DNA of 64,000 nucleotides, taken from the NCBI RefSeq assembly GCF_009914755.1, contig NC_060930.1; one strand, 5' to 3'. This stretch comes from the human T2T-CHM13v2.0 reference genome, Homo sapiens. Every line of letters starts with the position of its first letter. Within the stretch, counting starts at the first letter, position 1. Shown here piece by piece: positions 39,535 to 53,146 of the stretch. Below the pieces are notes generated by a model. The model was not told where the DNA came from and ran no database searches. It saw only the letters and a list, made by a program, of their open reading frames with translations. The translations under genes and the position numbers were made by a program.

Positions 39535-41070
39535 AAGCCCGAATAGCCAAGACAACCCTAAGCAAAAAGAACAAAGCTAGAGGCATCATGCTGCCTGACT
39601 TCAAACTATACTACAAGGCTACAGTAACAAAACAGCGTGGTAGTGGGGTACAAGAACAGACACATAGACCAATGGAACAAAATAGAGAACTCAGAAATAA
39701 GACCAAGCACCTACAACCATCTGATCTTCAACAACCTGACAAAAATGAGCAATGGGGAAAGGATTCCCTATTTAATAAATGGTGCTTAGAGAACTGGCTA
39801 GCCCTATGCAGAAAATTGAAACTGGACCCCTTCGTTGCATGATGTGCAAAAAGTAATTCAACATGGTTTAAAGACTTAAATATAAAACCCCAAACTATAA
39901 AAATCCTAGAAGAAAATCTAGCCAATACCATTCAGCACATAGGCACAGGCAAAGATTTCATGATGAAAACGCCAAAGAAATTGCAACAAAAGCCAAAATT
40001 GACAAATGGGATCTAATTAAACTAAAGATCTTCTGCATAGAAAAAGAAACTATCATCAGAGTGAACAGGCAACCTACAGAATGGGAGAAAATTTTTGCAA
40101 TCTATCCATCTGACAAGGGTCTAATATCCAGAGACTACAAAAAAGTTAAACAAATTTACAAGAAAAAAATGAACAACTTCATTAAAAAGTGAGCAAAGGA
40201 CATGAACAGATACTTCTCAAAAGAAGCCATTCATGTTGCCAACAAACATGAAAAAAAAGCTCAACATCACTGATCATTAGAGAAATCAAATGAGTTTTCT
40301 CTAATGGTATCAAAACCATAATGAGATACCATCTCACGCCAGTCCAAATGGCAATTATTAACAAGTCCAGAAACAACAGATGCTGGCGAGGCTGTGGAGA
40401 AAAAGGAACACTTTTACACTGTTGGTGGGAGTGTTCAATTAGTTTAACAATTGTGAAAGACAATGTGGAGATTCCTCAAAGATCTAGGGGCAGAAATACC
40501 ATTTGACCCAGCAATCTTATTATGGGGTATATACCCAAAGGAATATAAATCATTCTATTATAAAGACATATGCATGGGTATGTTCATTACAGCACTATTC
40601 ACAATAGAAAAGACGTGGAATCAACCCAAATGCCCATCAATGATAGACTGGATAAAGAAAATGTGGTACATATACACCATGGAATACTATGCAACATAAA
40701 AAGGAACGAGATCATGTCCTTTGCAGGGACATGGATGGAGCTGGAAGCTGTTATTCTCAGCAAACAAATGCGTAAGCAGGAAAACCAAACACCAAATGTT
40801 CTCACTTATAAGTGGGAACTGGATGATAAGAGCATCCCTGCAGATGATGGACACATTGCAGGGAACAACACACACTGGGGCCTGTTGGGGACTGAGGGAG
40901 GGAGAGCATCAAGAAGAATAGCTAATGGATGCTGGGCTTATTACCTAGGTGATGGATTGATCTGTCCAGCAAACCACCACGGCACATTTTTTTGGTTTGT
41001 TTACAGATGTAACAAACATGCACATCCTGCACATATACCCTGTAACTTAAAAGATGAAGGGAAAAAAAAG
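39535..41070 (+). mobile_element. 5'-truncated L1PA (PA8-PA11-like), ORF2 C-terminus plus 3'UTR
   Basis: [43 protein letters not shown]2 motifs; frameshifted. Confidence 0.95.
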
Positions 41071-41094
41071 CTTTTCTAGTTAAGTGCTTCCTAA

Positions 41095-41418
<324 letters not shown>

Positions 41419-42140
41419 ATAAGGACCACTTTTAATGTTAGCAACATTTGTGACATTCATTGAAAGAGCAAGTGAATATATATATGGATTTAAAGACTCT
41501 TCACAATCACTGTGTGGGCCCCCAAGGCTCCAAAGCTCACAGGTTTACAAGGGTTCCTATGTCCAAATTTCCACCTAAAGTCTTTGCAGAGAGGTTAACT
41601 GCTGAATCCCAGCCTCATTGATTTTGAACCCCAAAGGGGGGGCTGCCTTTGTCCCCACAGCATCTAATGCAATATCTCACACATAGTCGGCTTTCAGTAT
41701 ATGGTAGAATGTGAATCAGAATAATATAAGTTTCTGAGTTACCACAGCTAATATGAAGTTAAATGCAATTTGCTGGCAGTAAATTATAGCAATATACAGA
41801 CATTGTATTTGATGATCAGATTTTTGGGGGAAGAAAAGCCAATTCAACTAAAGTGTTTTTTTTTTTTTGTCATTGGCAAGCATAGGCCTTACTGACCGTT
41901 TATAAGTCATCTTGTAAGTTATTTTTCATCATTGTCAGTTCTGGAGAATCATATTGAGGAAGACTGTGGTTTAAGGAAGAGAGAGAACCTGACAAGGATC
42001 CTGCAGCCTTGGTTTCTTTTCCTGGATCTACACCTAATTTGCCGTGTGACCTTGCAAGAGGTCATTTGACCTCTTGTCAGCCTCAGTATTTCCATCTGTA
42101 GGATAAGTACTTTGAATGACAAGATTGCTCTAGTTTTTAC

Positions 42141-42510
42141 ATTTTCAGTAGATTGCCCAGGTAGTTATTATAAGATAAATTTTTTCCTGGGATAGCAAGC
42201 TAACTAAGTTTAGATAGGAATCAAAGGCCAGAAATTTTTCCAACGCAGTGATATATATTTAATAATTTTATCTTGTAGGCTTTGTGGCTCACTATTGGGC
42301 ACAGGCTTTCTAGGACTTGTAACTTGCTGGGTTAACTTCTCCTGCAGGTTAAGTTCCTCTTCCTGGAACACATGCCACACTTTAAATGTGCTGAGAAAGT
42401 CAGATGAAAGTGTAATGCCTGTGAGAGTAGCTTTGCCATGTACACTGCGCAAGGCGCTTAGGGAGAGCCTTCCTTTTCCAGTACCTTCCCTCTCTCTCCA
42501 CCCTTGCTGC
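42141..42510 (-). pseudogene. Fossil exon 7 (phase 2 start)
   Basis: gcttttcattttcggcag|; 99 stop-free codons QQGWREREGTGKGRLSLSALRSVHGK...KYISLRWKNFWPLIPI (ORF track 42210..42530), in phase with exon 6. Confidence 0.6.
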
Positions 42511-42886
42511 CTGCCGAAAATGAAAAGCAATTATGTCCCTTGCACCATGGAGACAGAAGTACAGAAAATAAACAGTGACTGATTAAGGGAAGTGGCTTTA
42601 TTACAGGGTTTTTAAAAACACAGTATCATTAATAACAGCAATAATGGAGAAAAATGATAATGAATAATTAAGCATAATAATATAGTCAGGATAACAATAA
42701 AAAAACCAGTGAAGAATGAAATTTTATTTGTAATAATATGACTGTTTAGCTTGATGACATGTCCTTGGATTTGACTGTTTCCGGCAGAGGTGTAAGCACA
42801 GTATGGCTTTTCATTTATTTCCCCTAAGAATGTTTCTGGTTGAGCTGTGGCTCTGCCCTCTTCCCACTTCTGTCTTTGCTCCTTAC

Positions 42887-43165
42887 CTTTGCAGTTATAG
42901 AAAATACACATTCACTTTTACTTTCCTCTGATGTCTCTAGCCAGGGATTAGCACCACCAATGCAACTGAATCCTCAGGAATGCGCTTGTTGTGATAGAAG
43001 GTCTGAGCAGTCAGGTGATATCAGGCGGGCTGGCAATCCCTTGGGTATTCAGGTACCTCCCCGCCCTCCCTTCCCCTGCAGAAATTTACTGGAGCAATAA
43101 ACCTAGTGCAATCATGGAGGAAAATTAAGGCAAATGATCCTAAATGGAGAGAGACTGACGAAGTC
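42887..43165 (-). pseudogene. Fossil exon 6 (phase 2 to 2)
   Basis: tgttggtgtttctag| ... AG|gtaagg; TSSVSLHLGSFALIFLHDCTRFIAPVNFCRGREGGEVPEYPRDCQPA*YHLTAQTFYHNKRIPEDSVALVVLIPG*RHQRKVKVNVYFL*LQ. Confidence 0.55.
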
Positions 43166-43306
43166 CTAGAAACACCAACATAGCAACCCCCATACAAAAC
43201 AGCAAACCTTATTTCACCAGGCTGTTTTCTTCAGTATTTTTGTGAAATAGTATAGAGTCTCAGAGACTAAGCAGTTTAGCCTGAGACATCAGTGCCAAGG
43301 AGTTAC

Positions 43307-43491
43307 AGCATCTATGTAGGGTCCAGATTGCTTAACTGGTTAGAAATCATTAAGTAGGTTATCTGATTTTCCAGGAGACACAAAGGTGGCAGAGTAAATG
43401 ATATCTTCTCCCCAGGCTAACATCGAGGCATAGATAATGGAGCTGCCAGCAGAGCCCCTCCCTCTACTCCCCTCAGACAATGTGTGTCACA
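43307..43491 (-). pseudogene. Fossil exon 5 (3' end and frame uncertain)
   Basis: Very strong acceptor gttttttattatttctgtttcag|; two stop-poor frames (CDTHCLRGVEGG... or HTLSEGSRGRGSAGSSIIYASMLAWGEDIIYSATF...). Confidence 0.4.
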
Positions 43492-44319
43492 CTGAAACAG
43501 AAATAATAAAAAACTTGGAGACCTCTGAGCATATCAAAGATAAGACCTTTGTGTTTTTGTTTCTGACAGATTGTGTGCTCTTGACTGTTATTAACCCAAC
43601 CCACAAGTGCAAATGATTATTACCAAAAAATAACCCTCGTCTTTGTCTTTCAGTCTGTCCTCCCTGTCTGGGTGGGGAAAGAAAGGTGTATTTTAATACT
43701 GCACAGAAATTTGGAGAGATTAGAAAAGGATTTTCATTCAAAGGGTCAGTATATATTTAAGCAGATAGAAAGCATTAGGTAGATTCTATGTAAAGGGTCT
43801 AAAGTTCCCACCTGGTTTTCAGGGAACTTAGATTCAGTTGGAACAAATGGGCAATTTTTCAAAAAGACAGGATTACATCACAGATGTACAACTGCATGAA
43901 ATTACGGTACATGTAAAAATCAAATATTTGTCACGTCTTAGTATAAGTGTACAGAAGTGAGTAGAAATGATGAATACAGAAGTTTGGAAACAGCTGGACT
44001 TAAGGCAAAGTTATTTTAACTACCAATATTATGTAACGCTTTTTTTAGGTTAAAAAACAAATTTATGTGCATTCTCATTTTCTCCTCCCAGTCATCACAT
44101 GAGTTACATCCTATCATCATTCCCATTTTATGTGTGAAGTAAAGGTTTTTCTCCATGTGATCCAGCTAAAAAACAAGATTTGTATTCATGGGGACCTAGG
44201 TTTAATTCTGATTTTATCATTTACTAGTTGTGTTCTCTTCTCAAGTTACTTGACAAATTAGCATGGTTTTCCCTTAAACAGGGATAATGGTTTGTGTCTT
44301 TGGGTAATTGGGAAGATTT

Positions 44320-44900
44320 TCTGCATCTCTCTTCTTAGCACCAGTTTCCTGCATTGTAGCTACCACATCCTTATGCTTCTACATCCCTTTTACTATACCT
44401 TGGTTTAGTCACTTGTTTGTTTCTGCTTAGACTTTCGTAATACTCCCCTGCATCGACTCTTTGCCTTCTGTCTCAGGCCTTGTATTGACTCTCCATAAAA
44501 CTGTCAAATATACTTTTCCAAATGGAAATCTGTTATGTTATTTCTCTGGCTTAAATCTGCAGAGAGCTCCCGACTGTCTGCGGAAAAAAGTTCAAACTCC
44601 TTAGGGTGGATTTCAAGATTCCAATGTCCATTTGGACACATTCCTCACCTACTTCAACTCAGACCACTATCACCATCTGTGCCCCCCTGCTCTGACCGTT
44701 TCATATTACCTGTAGGTTCCTGAGTGTGTCCTCCCCTGTCCTGCCTCTATATATTTGACTGGGCTGTACTGTCGGCCAGGAGTGTCTATCTTAATTATTT
44801 CTTGTTGGTAACTACTTCTCTGTAAACATTCAACTGAGCAACAGTTTGTTGTATAAATCTCCCCAGTTGGTTAGTAGCTGGATGTACCAAACCATTTCAT
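44320..44900 (+). mobile_element. L2 remnant
   Basis: aaatggaaatctgttatgtta...aagttcaaactcctta motifs. Confidence 0.55.
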
Positions 44901-44937
44901 AGCACTAGTTCTCTAGCTATTCTCTTTTTAAAATTAA

Positions 44938-45253
<316 letters not shown>

Positions 45254-45269
45254 TAAAAGTTATTTTTAT

Positions 45270-47640
45270 CAGCTGTACACACATAATTTTCCATATCAAC
45301 TGGTCCTATAATGCTAAACAAGAAACAAGTTCCTTGTCACACTCTTGTCTACATTCAGTTTCTACTTCTTCAAAACTGCCACCTTGTACGATCTCAGTAG
45401 TTTCTTCTAGTTGCCTCTGTATTTCTAAATGGTATGCTTGTGACACTATTTCTTGATTTTTCCATTTTAGATCTTAATTCCCCATTCTGGATAATGCAGG
45501 TTTGATTTCTCTTACACTTCCTTAGTACCATCTTCCTTCCACTGTTTTCCCCATTCACCCAATACAATCAATAGTTAGGTTAAACTAATATTCAGTACTT
45601 ACATTGTCATGGCTATGTTAACCAGCATCCATAGGTTAACTATACAGTGTACTATGACTACATTTCTTGTTCATACAGCTTTTTGTTAACCTGAAATTAA
45701 TAAGAAATCAGTGTACCTACCACTGATTTCTTCCAAAATTCTTTGCCAAAGTTCATTCAAAGCATCAGGTGAGCTTTCATCCACCCCCCACCCCCACTCC
45801 CCCATCCCCCAGGAGACATCCTTCTGGAATTTTCCATCCTGTTGCTTCAACCTGGACCAGTTTCTTGCTATCTACACCTCAATTATTATTCCATAATGTC
45901 CCTTCATCCTTTTGAAGAGAATGCTCCTGGTCTTTTTTGGTTGGTCTCTTGTTTTCTGAATCCCAAATGCTCCTTATCTTGACTCACACACACATCTAAT
46001 TGCTATACCTTTTCTATTAGTTCACTAAGAAAAGATACATAGGAGTTACATTTTTTGAGACTTTGCATGTCTTAAAACATCTTTTTACTTTCATACATGT
46101 TTGATAGTTTGCTGGGTAACTTTCATACATGTTTGATAGTTTGCTGGGTATAGAATTCTAGATTGAAAAGAATTTTTATTCAAAATTTTAAAGACATTTT
46201 TACCTTCCAAGAGTACATTTGAGAAAACTGATGCTACTCTATTTTCTGATTCTTTTTCTGCCAAATTGGTTTTTGTTGTTCATGTAAAATTGAACAATTT
46301 TTAAAAATATAGACCTTTTTAGAATTGTTACTATATCCCCGGTGATCCAAAATTTCACAGCTTGCCTTGATGTAGTTCTTTATTTTATTCATTGTGCTGG
46401 CTCATTGATGGGATCTTTTAATCTGTAAATCCATGCCTTTCATTCTTGAAAAATCTACTTGAATAATTTCTTGGGTAATTTTTCACTCCAATTTCTCTTC
46501 AAAAACTCCTATTATTCAGACGTTGGACCTCTTTGGCTGATTCTCTATTATTAATTTATTTCCTGTTCTCCATCTTTCTCTTTCTTTTCTATTTTATGGC
46601 TCCTCATCAAATTTATCTTCTAATCCTCTATGGAATTTTAATTTTTATATTATATTTTAAATTTTTGAATAGCTCTTTTTGTTCTCAGATTTTTTGACAG
46701 CATTATCTTATTGCATTCATATAATTTTTTAAATTATAAATATGATAATAGATTTTATAAATCTATTTTTATCTTCCTTTTCTTTATGTCTTCCAAGGTT
46801 TTAAATTATCTTTATTTTTGTCTATGCCATTCATAAAATATCTTTGACTATTTAGCTTGCTGTGCACATTTGTTAACGACACACTAAGAAGCTAACTGGA
46901 CACTGTGCATTTATGGGTGGAACTTGTTAAATGCTAGACTTCCCAGTAGAATTACAGGGTTGGGAATCTTCACTGGGGGAGGTCCCCAAATGGTAGAATT
47001 TATAGAGCTTTTCTCCCCTAGTAATTCTCCCATCTTCTTCTTGCAGGCATAACCCTGATAGCATTCTTTCTAGAACTTCGCCAAATAAGCGGACTGGAAT
47101 AATATTCAGACTATAGACTTTCACGTAACCTTCTTTTTTTAAGAAATGAATCACAGCTCTTATCTGGGCCCGGTTTTCTTGCATCCAGGGTTTTTGTTAT
47201 TCTGTATTGTTAGAAAGTAAAATTTTAGTCTGTCAAGGATGGGGAAGGGGCTATCTCTGAGCACCTAGGGTGTAGGTCTCTATTTGTTTCTTAAACAGAA
47301 TTTTAGCTAATACCTATGGACTTTTAGCTGTATACTCTACTTCCATAAGTACTTAATGATTTATGTTTCAAGGATCCCCAGAATCCTAGTGTTATTTGGC
47401 TCAATTTTAAGGTTTTCTTAAAATAGTCTGGGGTTTCTACTGTGTCATTTACTACTCATCCTTCTGCTTCTTGATTTTCTTATTAAAACAAAATCCTGTT
47501 ATCTCCTCTCCCTTTTTCATTAATCTCTTAAACGTGCTTTTTATCTTCTTTTAAAATACGTTTACTGCCAATTTTGGAAGAAAAACGTGGTAAATGGTAT
47601 GCCTTCATTCCTCCACATTGATCTGGAATTCCTTCTCTGT
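45270..47640 (-). mobile_element. HAL1/L1ME remnant
   Basis: ttgcatgtct...tgatagtttgctgggtatagaattctag and ctcctattattcaga...ttggacctc motifs. Confidence 0.6.
46087..46150. repeat. Perfect 32-bp tandem duplication
   Basis: actttcatacatgtttgatagtttgctgggta x2. Confidence 0.97.
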
Positions 47641-48563
47641 CTTAATTTGGTTCAGCCTATATCCACATACACCAAGGCTAGACTTAAAGATAAAATCAAT
47701 TATTTTAATTTTACCAGCTTTGGTCAATAATTTTGTTTCTATGTTTTTCTGACTTAGTCAGTTTTTATGTAAGTCAAGGTGGTTGAGTATTATAAGTTTC
47801 TATTACTATAATGATTTCATATTCAAACACTGGATAGGAAAAATTGATTATGGGCTTGGCATCTATCTATACGGTTTTACAGAAAGAGAGAAAAAAACAC
47901 TTTTAGATAGTGGTATCAAAAAAGGTTGATATATATTTTTTATCATCTCCTCTCCTTCCTTGTTTGCAAGCTACTAACAGTCACACCCAAGGATAAAACA
48001 TTCCTATGCATTTACAACTTTTCACTAGCAAAGACCTGACTACTAAACAAAGGCAGCTTGACCAGACCACGGTTTTATGATGGGCTTGAGAGGGGCTTTG
48101 TTTCACATTCTGGTTGTATTTTCAGTGGGGCTCATTCTTAACTGTTTCATGATTTGGGGAGACACATTGCTGATTTTATTGTTCAGAGCCTTTCTTCTCC
48201 TTTTTCTTGTGGAATGAGTGATGTTCCACACGGAAGATTAAGATATATAATAACAAAACAGAAACTCTCACGTTTAGCTGTAGTTAGATTTATGGTTAAG
48301 TTTATGGAGATTACTTAGGGCTGGGAACACACGTCCAAGAACGTCTCTGCAGTTACAACTGTGCATGGAGTGAGATGCTGTTACAGACTATGGACAGTAA
48401 ATACCTCTGAGGTTGTGTGTCACTTCCTGTAGGCCCATGAGTCTTTCTGATTTAAGTAGGAAGGTGTCTGTTAGTAATGCAAACAAAACCTAGTTTAACC
48501 TCTGATTCCCAACATCTGGAATATTTATCTCTTTGGCAATTGTGCAGTTCACTGAACACTCAC

Positions 48564-49017
48564 CATTCCAGTGGTCCACTGAAGAAGGATTTTGGCTTGA
48601 AAAGAGACCGCCATGGGAAAAAAAAAATCTAATTCAGAGTAGTTATCACTGAGAATACCAAAAGGATTTGTGATAGCAATATCCCTTTGACTCCACAGCT
48701 GGTCTGCGTGGATTGTGCTCTAGTGAGAGCCTGTTTTCCTAATGCCGTGAGAAAAGACATAGATTCTTCCTTTGGACCTTATTACAACACAAGATTTTTT
48801 TTATTGTACACTTTAAAGACTCTTTAATCCGAAAACTTAGTTTCAACTTTTTATTTCTCTGTATGCCTCTGAATGGAATCCAAACAATTCAACATCGTTT
48901 TTTTTTCTTTTTCTCTTTCAGAAATGGATGAGAGATTCAAGTATACTTTTTTGATGTCCTGTGGACATTTTTGCATTTTTATATTCTTCATTAAACATAA
49001 AACAAAGAGCTTTGGTT
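48564..49017 (-). pseudogene. Fossil exon 4 (phase 2 to 0)
   Basis: ttctcttgtattcag| ... ATG|gtgagt; one frame over 151 codons with 6 stops: TKALCFMFNEEYKNAKMSTGHQKSILESLIHF*KRKRKKNDVELFGFHSEAY...RIYVFSHGIRKTGSH*STIHADQLWSQRDIAITNPFGILSDNYSELDFFFSHGGLFQAKILLQWTTGM. Confidence 0.6.
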
Positions 49018-49639
49018 CTGAATACAAGAGAATATAAGTTGTTAAGACCATTAACAACTCGTTAATGGTCACAGGCATTCTGGATCTTTTCCCATAGCTT
49101 CTGGGGACACACTCTTTCTCAAATGCTGGGTAGAACAGTAAGTGTGGTTAAGGCTGACTTGAGAATGAAGTTGGAATTGGATGCAGCAGTTTCACAATGA
49201 CATCAAGGTCCAAGGTCAGGGAAGTGGCAAGACCTTTACCCAGCAGAGTTAACTATAAGCCATAAAAGTATCTAGGAGCAGACCTGAGTGAAGCACGTGT
49301 TCAGTTAGTTATTGAAACAAAAGTATGTAGCTTGTCTCAAGTTCCTGGTAACTACTTCAGGGCTGATTGACTAGGTATTTCTGTGTGTATGTAATTGCTT
49401 TTCTCCATTTAAGAATAAACTACAAGGAACAGATACTATATAGCTTCTGGAAGTTTATTTCTTCTAGCAAATGGCAACTTTAGTTTTTTATTGGTTGAAG
49501 CCCTTGGGCACGTTTTAAAATATTGCCTTGTAAAATGTGATGAGTGTATTCCTAAAGCTCTAGTGTCTTAACTCAGCTCTCCACAGCCCCACATTCCTTT
49601 TACATGCATGTCTCCTAACTGGACATTAGGGAAGTTTTT

Positions 49640-50410
49640 TTTCTCCCAACTTCTCATTGATAATATAAATAACCACCACTTGTATAACATAGAATATCTT
49701 ACAAATACTGTCATATGCCTGACCTCATTGGTCCTTATTCTGCGAAGCAAATATTGTTATTACTGTTTTACAAATGACAAAAGAGATGCTGAGAAAAATG
49801 GATTTGACCAAGGTCAAGCAGTTAATGAATAATAAAGGTGAATTCAGAATGCAAGACTTCAGACTCCAAAACACTTCATTGTTTTTTAAGCAGAGTTAAG
49901 ATCCTTTGCTTTCCTCTTCATCAGAGAATAACAGTCAAATGTAAAAATAGCTTATTTATAATTATAGGCCAAGGCAGTAGCAAAGAGCTAAAAGAATTAA
50001 TTAGTAAGTATTTATTGATACTTGTATTATGTCCATTACTGTGTTAAGAACCATATAGCAGTGGTTTGCAAAAGCTTTTTCTTATGCCAGTTTTATAAGG
50101 AAACTTTCAGCAAAATCAGACAAATAAGAACCCTATTCACACATATGCACCTCTCCACACATATATCTCCATTATGAGATTTCTAATCACTCTTCTCTGC
50201 TTTAGCTTTTCTTCTTAGCATTATCACTACCTGACGCTATAGCTTATTTATAGTGTATATTGGCTACAAATTCCAATAAAATGTAAACACAAATTAGAGC
50301 ACAGATTTTTGTCTGTTGTGTTTATTGCTGTATACCCAGCAGCTAGAGTTATACCTGGCACATAGTAGGCATCCCATAAATATTTGTGGAATGAATTAAT
50401 GAATGACAAA
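49640..50410. mobile_element. MIR (minus, ~49640-49880) and L2a 3' end (plus, ~50150-50410)
   Basis: cctggcacatagtaggcatcccataaatatttgtggaatgaattaatgaatga L2 tail; MIR core ttttacaaatgac...gctgaga. Confidence 0.7.
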
Positions 50411-53052
50411 GCTAACATACATTAAAGCAAAACAACCAAGTCTTTAATAGGGTTATATGAAATCTAGCTACAATAAGGATTCAGAGAAGGGGGACAATTT
50501 AAAGCTAGCATTTTTCAAAGAAGAGTCTGAAGAAAAAATGCTATTCATGCAGGGTTGTGAAATCTGGATTGGGTTTGAATAGTTGAGATGAAGAAGGGAG
50601 CTATTAAAGCTGAAAAGAGTAAAGAAGCAAAGGTGAGTAGACGTCAACGAGTAACAGTGAAGACCTAGCCGTGCCTGGAGTAAATTAAGGTGATCTATGT
50701 CTCCGGCTTTCCAAGGTACTCCCCGAAGTGTTTAGCTAACAATTTATTCTTACATGTATATGTTTTTACCTTTTGTAGAAACAAATGTATTTGTCTGTAT
50801 TTTTCTTTAATTCTGATACAATGGATACAATAGAGAGCAGAAATCAATTATTTAATATGTTAGAAAAATGCCTTTTGTGAGTGGGTCAAAGAAATAACTC
50901 TAGATGATAGAAGAGACTTGGAAGTGAATTACACATTTCAGTATGCAGTGCTGTGTTGGTTGACAAGTGAACAAACACCTTCATAAATTAGTAGCTCTTA
51001 ATTGTAGCTTGAAAGACAAATAAATGGGTGGTTTAGACCTTTTGTCTCATTTCATCTGTAATGTTATGAAGTATGACCCCTGTTGAGTTTTTCTTGTTTG
51101 AAAATACTGAGCTAAAATTCAGTTGTTTTTCCAATGACTTTGTCCGGGTTAATTCTTTACTTCCATCTTCTCATTGCTTAAACAGGAATATAATGTCATG
51201 TTCATTAATAGTTTGTATGTATTTAGTGCTTTAGAGACAGTGACCTAATTTTGATAGATCATGATATATTTTGATATGTGACATGCCACCGGATTGTAAA
51301 TAATATCCTAGTGTGACTTCCTGCTGCATTTCTTGGACTGATGCTGACATTTCTGAGGTTATTGCTAGAATGCTCTTTTTTTTTTTATTCTAAGGCATTT
51401 TTTTTCATGGCTTATTTTTAGATTTTATATAGCATCTTTCCTTCGAGGAGCTCAAAGCAAATTTTGCAAATGTGAACAATCTTCTTTGGTCAGTATGTTT
51501 TGGTTTGGAGAAGGAAAAAATGTAATACTAATTTCCTGCCTCTGTATGTCCTTCTAAAAAATCAAACTGAATGCCCTTCTCACCTCTCCTTTTCTCTGAC
51601 TTAAGGAGTTTTATTTTATACAGAGGCTTAACAGAAAGAGCTTAGACCTTGAATCACCAGTGAGGAGGCTGAACCATTAAAACAAAACACAGCAGAGAGA
51701 GCCTTCAGGAAAGGCAGTGTTAAGCACAAGGCAGATTGTCAAAAAATGCTGTAGGTGATTGCAAAAACCCTCTGCAAGGATGTTTTCAGTCAACACAAGT
51801 GGGTCGCTTAATTTTTCGAGTGAATGCCCTTAATGGGGGGACTTTAGCTGCAGTCTCACTAGCCAGAGCTGTCTCATTACAGGAGATGTGGTCCAGTCTG
51901 TGAAATGTTTATTTTGTAACTAACCCCTCTAGCAGTGGAGGGAACTGTTTACTATTCCTTCTTGTTCTCTAGTGTGTGTATGTGTGGTTTTTTTTTTCTC
52001 TTAATTAAAGAATCACTGTTGAACTTCAGAAACCTCTCCAGGAAGAAAAAAATAAAAAGAAGGAAAAAAGAGAGAGAGAGAAAGAACAGAGGGAAGAAAA
52101 AGAGAGAAAGAGAAGAGAAAATAGGGTTGAAAACTGTGTCTTTTGCTCATTCATTCTTAAGGATTATTTCCAGAAGAAGAATTGTAATATTCATTGACCT
52201 CCCCAGGAGTGTGTGTACATGAAAATGTGTGCGAATGTTTGTGTGCAGGCCCGAGTAGGAAACAGTGCTATGTAAACAGTGTCAATGTATCTATCCCACC
52301 AACTAACATTCAAAGTTTTCTTTGTTAATGATATTCTGAAGGAGAATAAAAGATGGAACCTGATTCTATCCCATACAAACAAAAATTACACAAGCCAGTA
52401 GGAAAATCTAAATTCTGAATTTGGTTGGATTTCATTTGAGCTTGCAAAATTATTAGGCAATGGCATACTGTTTGAAGGGAATGTTTGTCTTTTCATTCTA
52501 GCCAGCAGCAAATAATCCCAAAGGAGGTAAACATCTAAAAGAAAGGAATGAAAACAGGTAAGTCAGAGTAATCTGTGATCTTAGAACATAAGCCCAAGAC
52601 ACCTTTACAACACGTAATCATGCCTATTTCCATCTGCCCCAGAGCTACCAACATTTTAAAATATTGAAAGTAGATGGCTGATAAAAACATATTTTTAATA
52701 TTACAGAGGGCTTAGAATGATGGGAATGTGAAATGCATTCAAAAATAAAGATTATGATTTAGAAAATACCCAGTTATTAGACATATGAAGAAGATTAGTG
52801 AAAGAAACATTTGAAATCTTTGCTTTATGTAGTAATTATGTTCCTGACAAGTCCTATCATAATTAAATGAGTGGCTTCTATTTAAAAGTGTGTTAGAAAG
52901 CCTTAAGATAGAAAATACTCTGTTCTTTTAGATTTGGAATTTAGAATTTGTAGTTTCACATATATTATGGGAAGCTTGGTAATGTGTCCTTACATTATTG
53001 GGATCATTGACTCAGTTCCAATGTAATAGAAACAGACTCAAATTTCCTTGCT

Positions 53053-53146
53053 CAGAGCTGCCTCATATGGCTGTGCAGGCCGAATAGAACTGAACTCTAG
53101 AGTCACCATTCACACAGACGACAGTGCAAAGTTTGACCCCTAGAAC
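53053..53146 (+). mobile_element. MER91-like (hAT-Tip100) fragment
   Basis: agagctgcctcatatggctgtgcagg...caccattcacacagac. Confidence 0.55.

Noticed and set aside
40570-41079. Longest ORF in the track (169 aa)
   Set aside because: Out-of-frame L1 ORF2 end plus 3'UTR.
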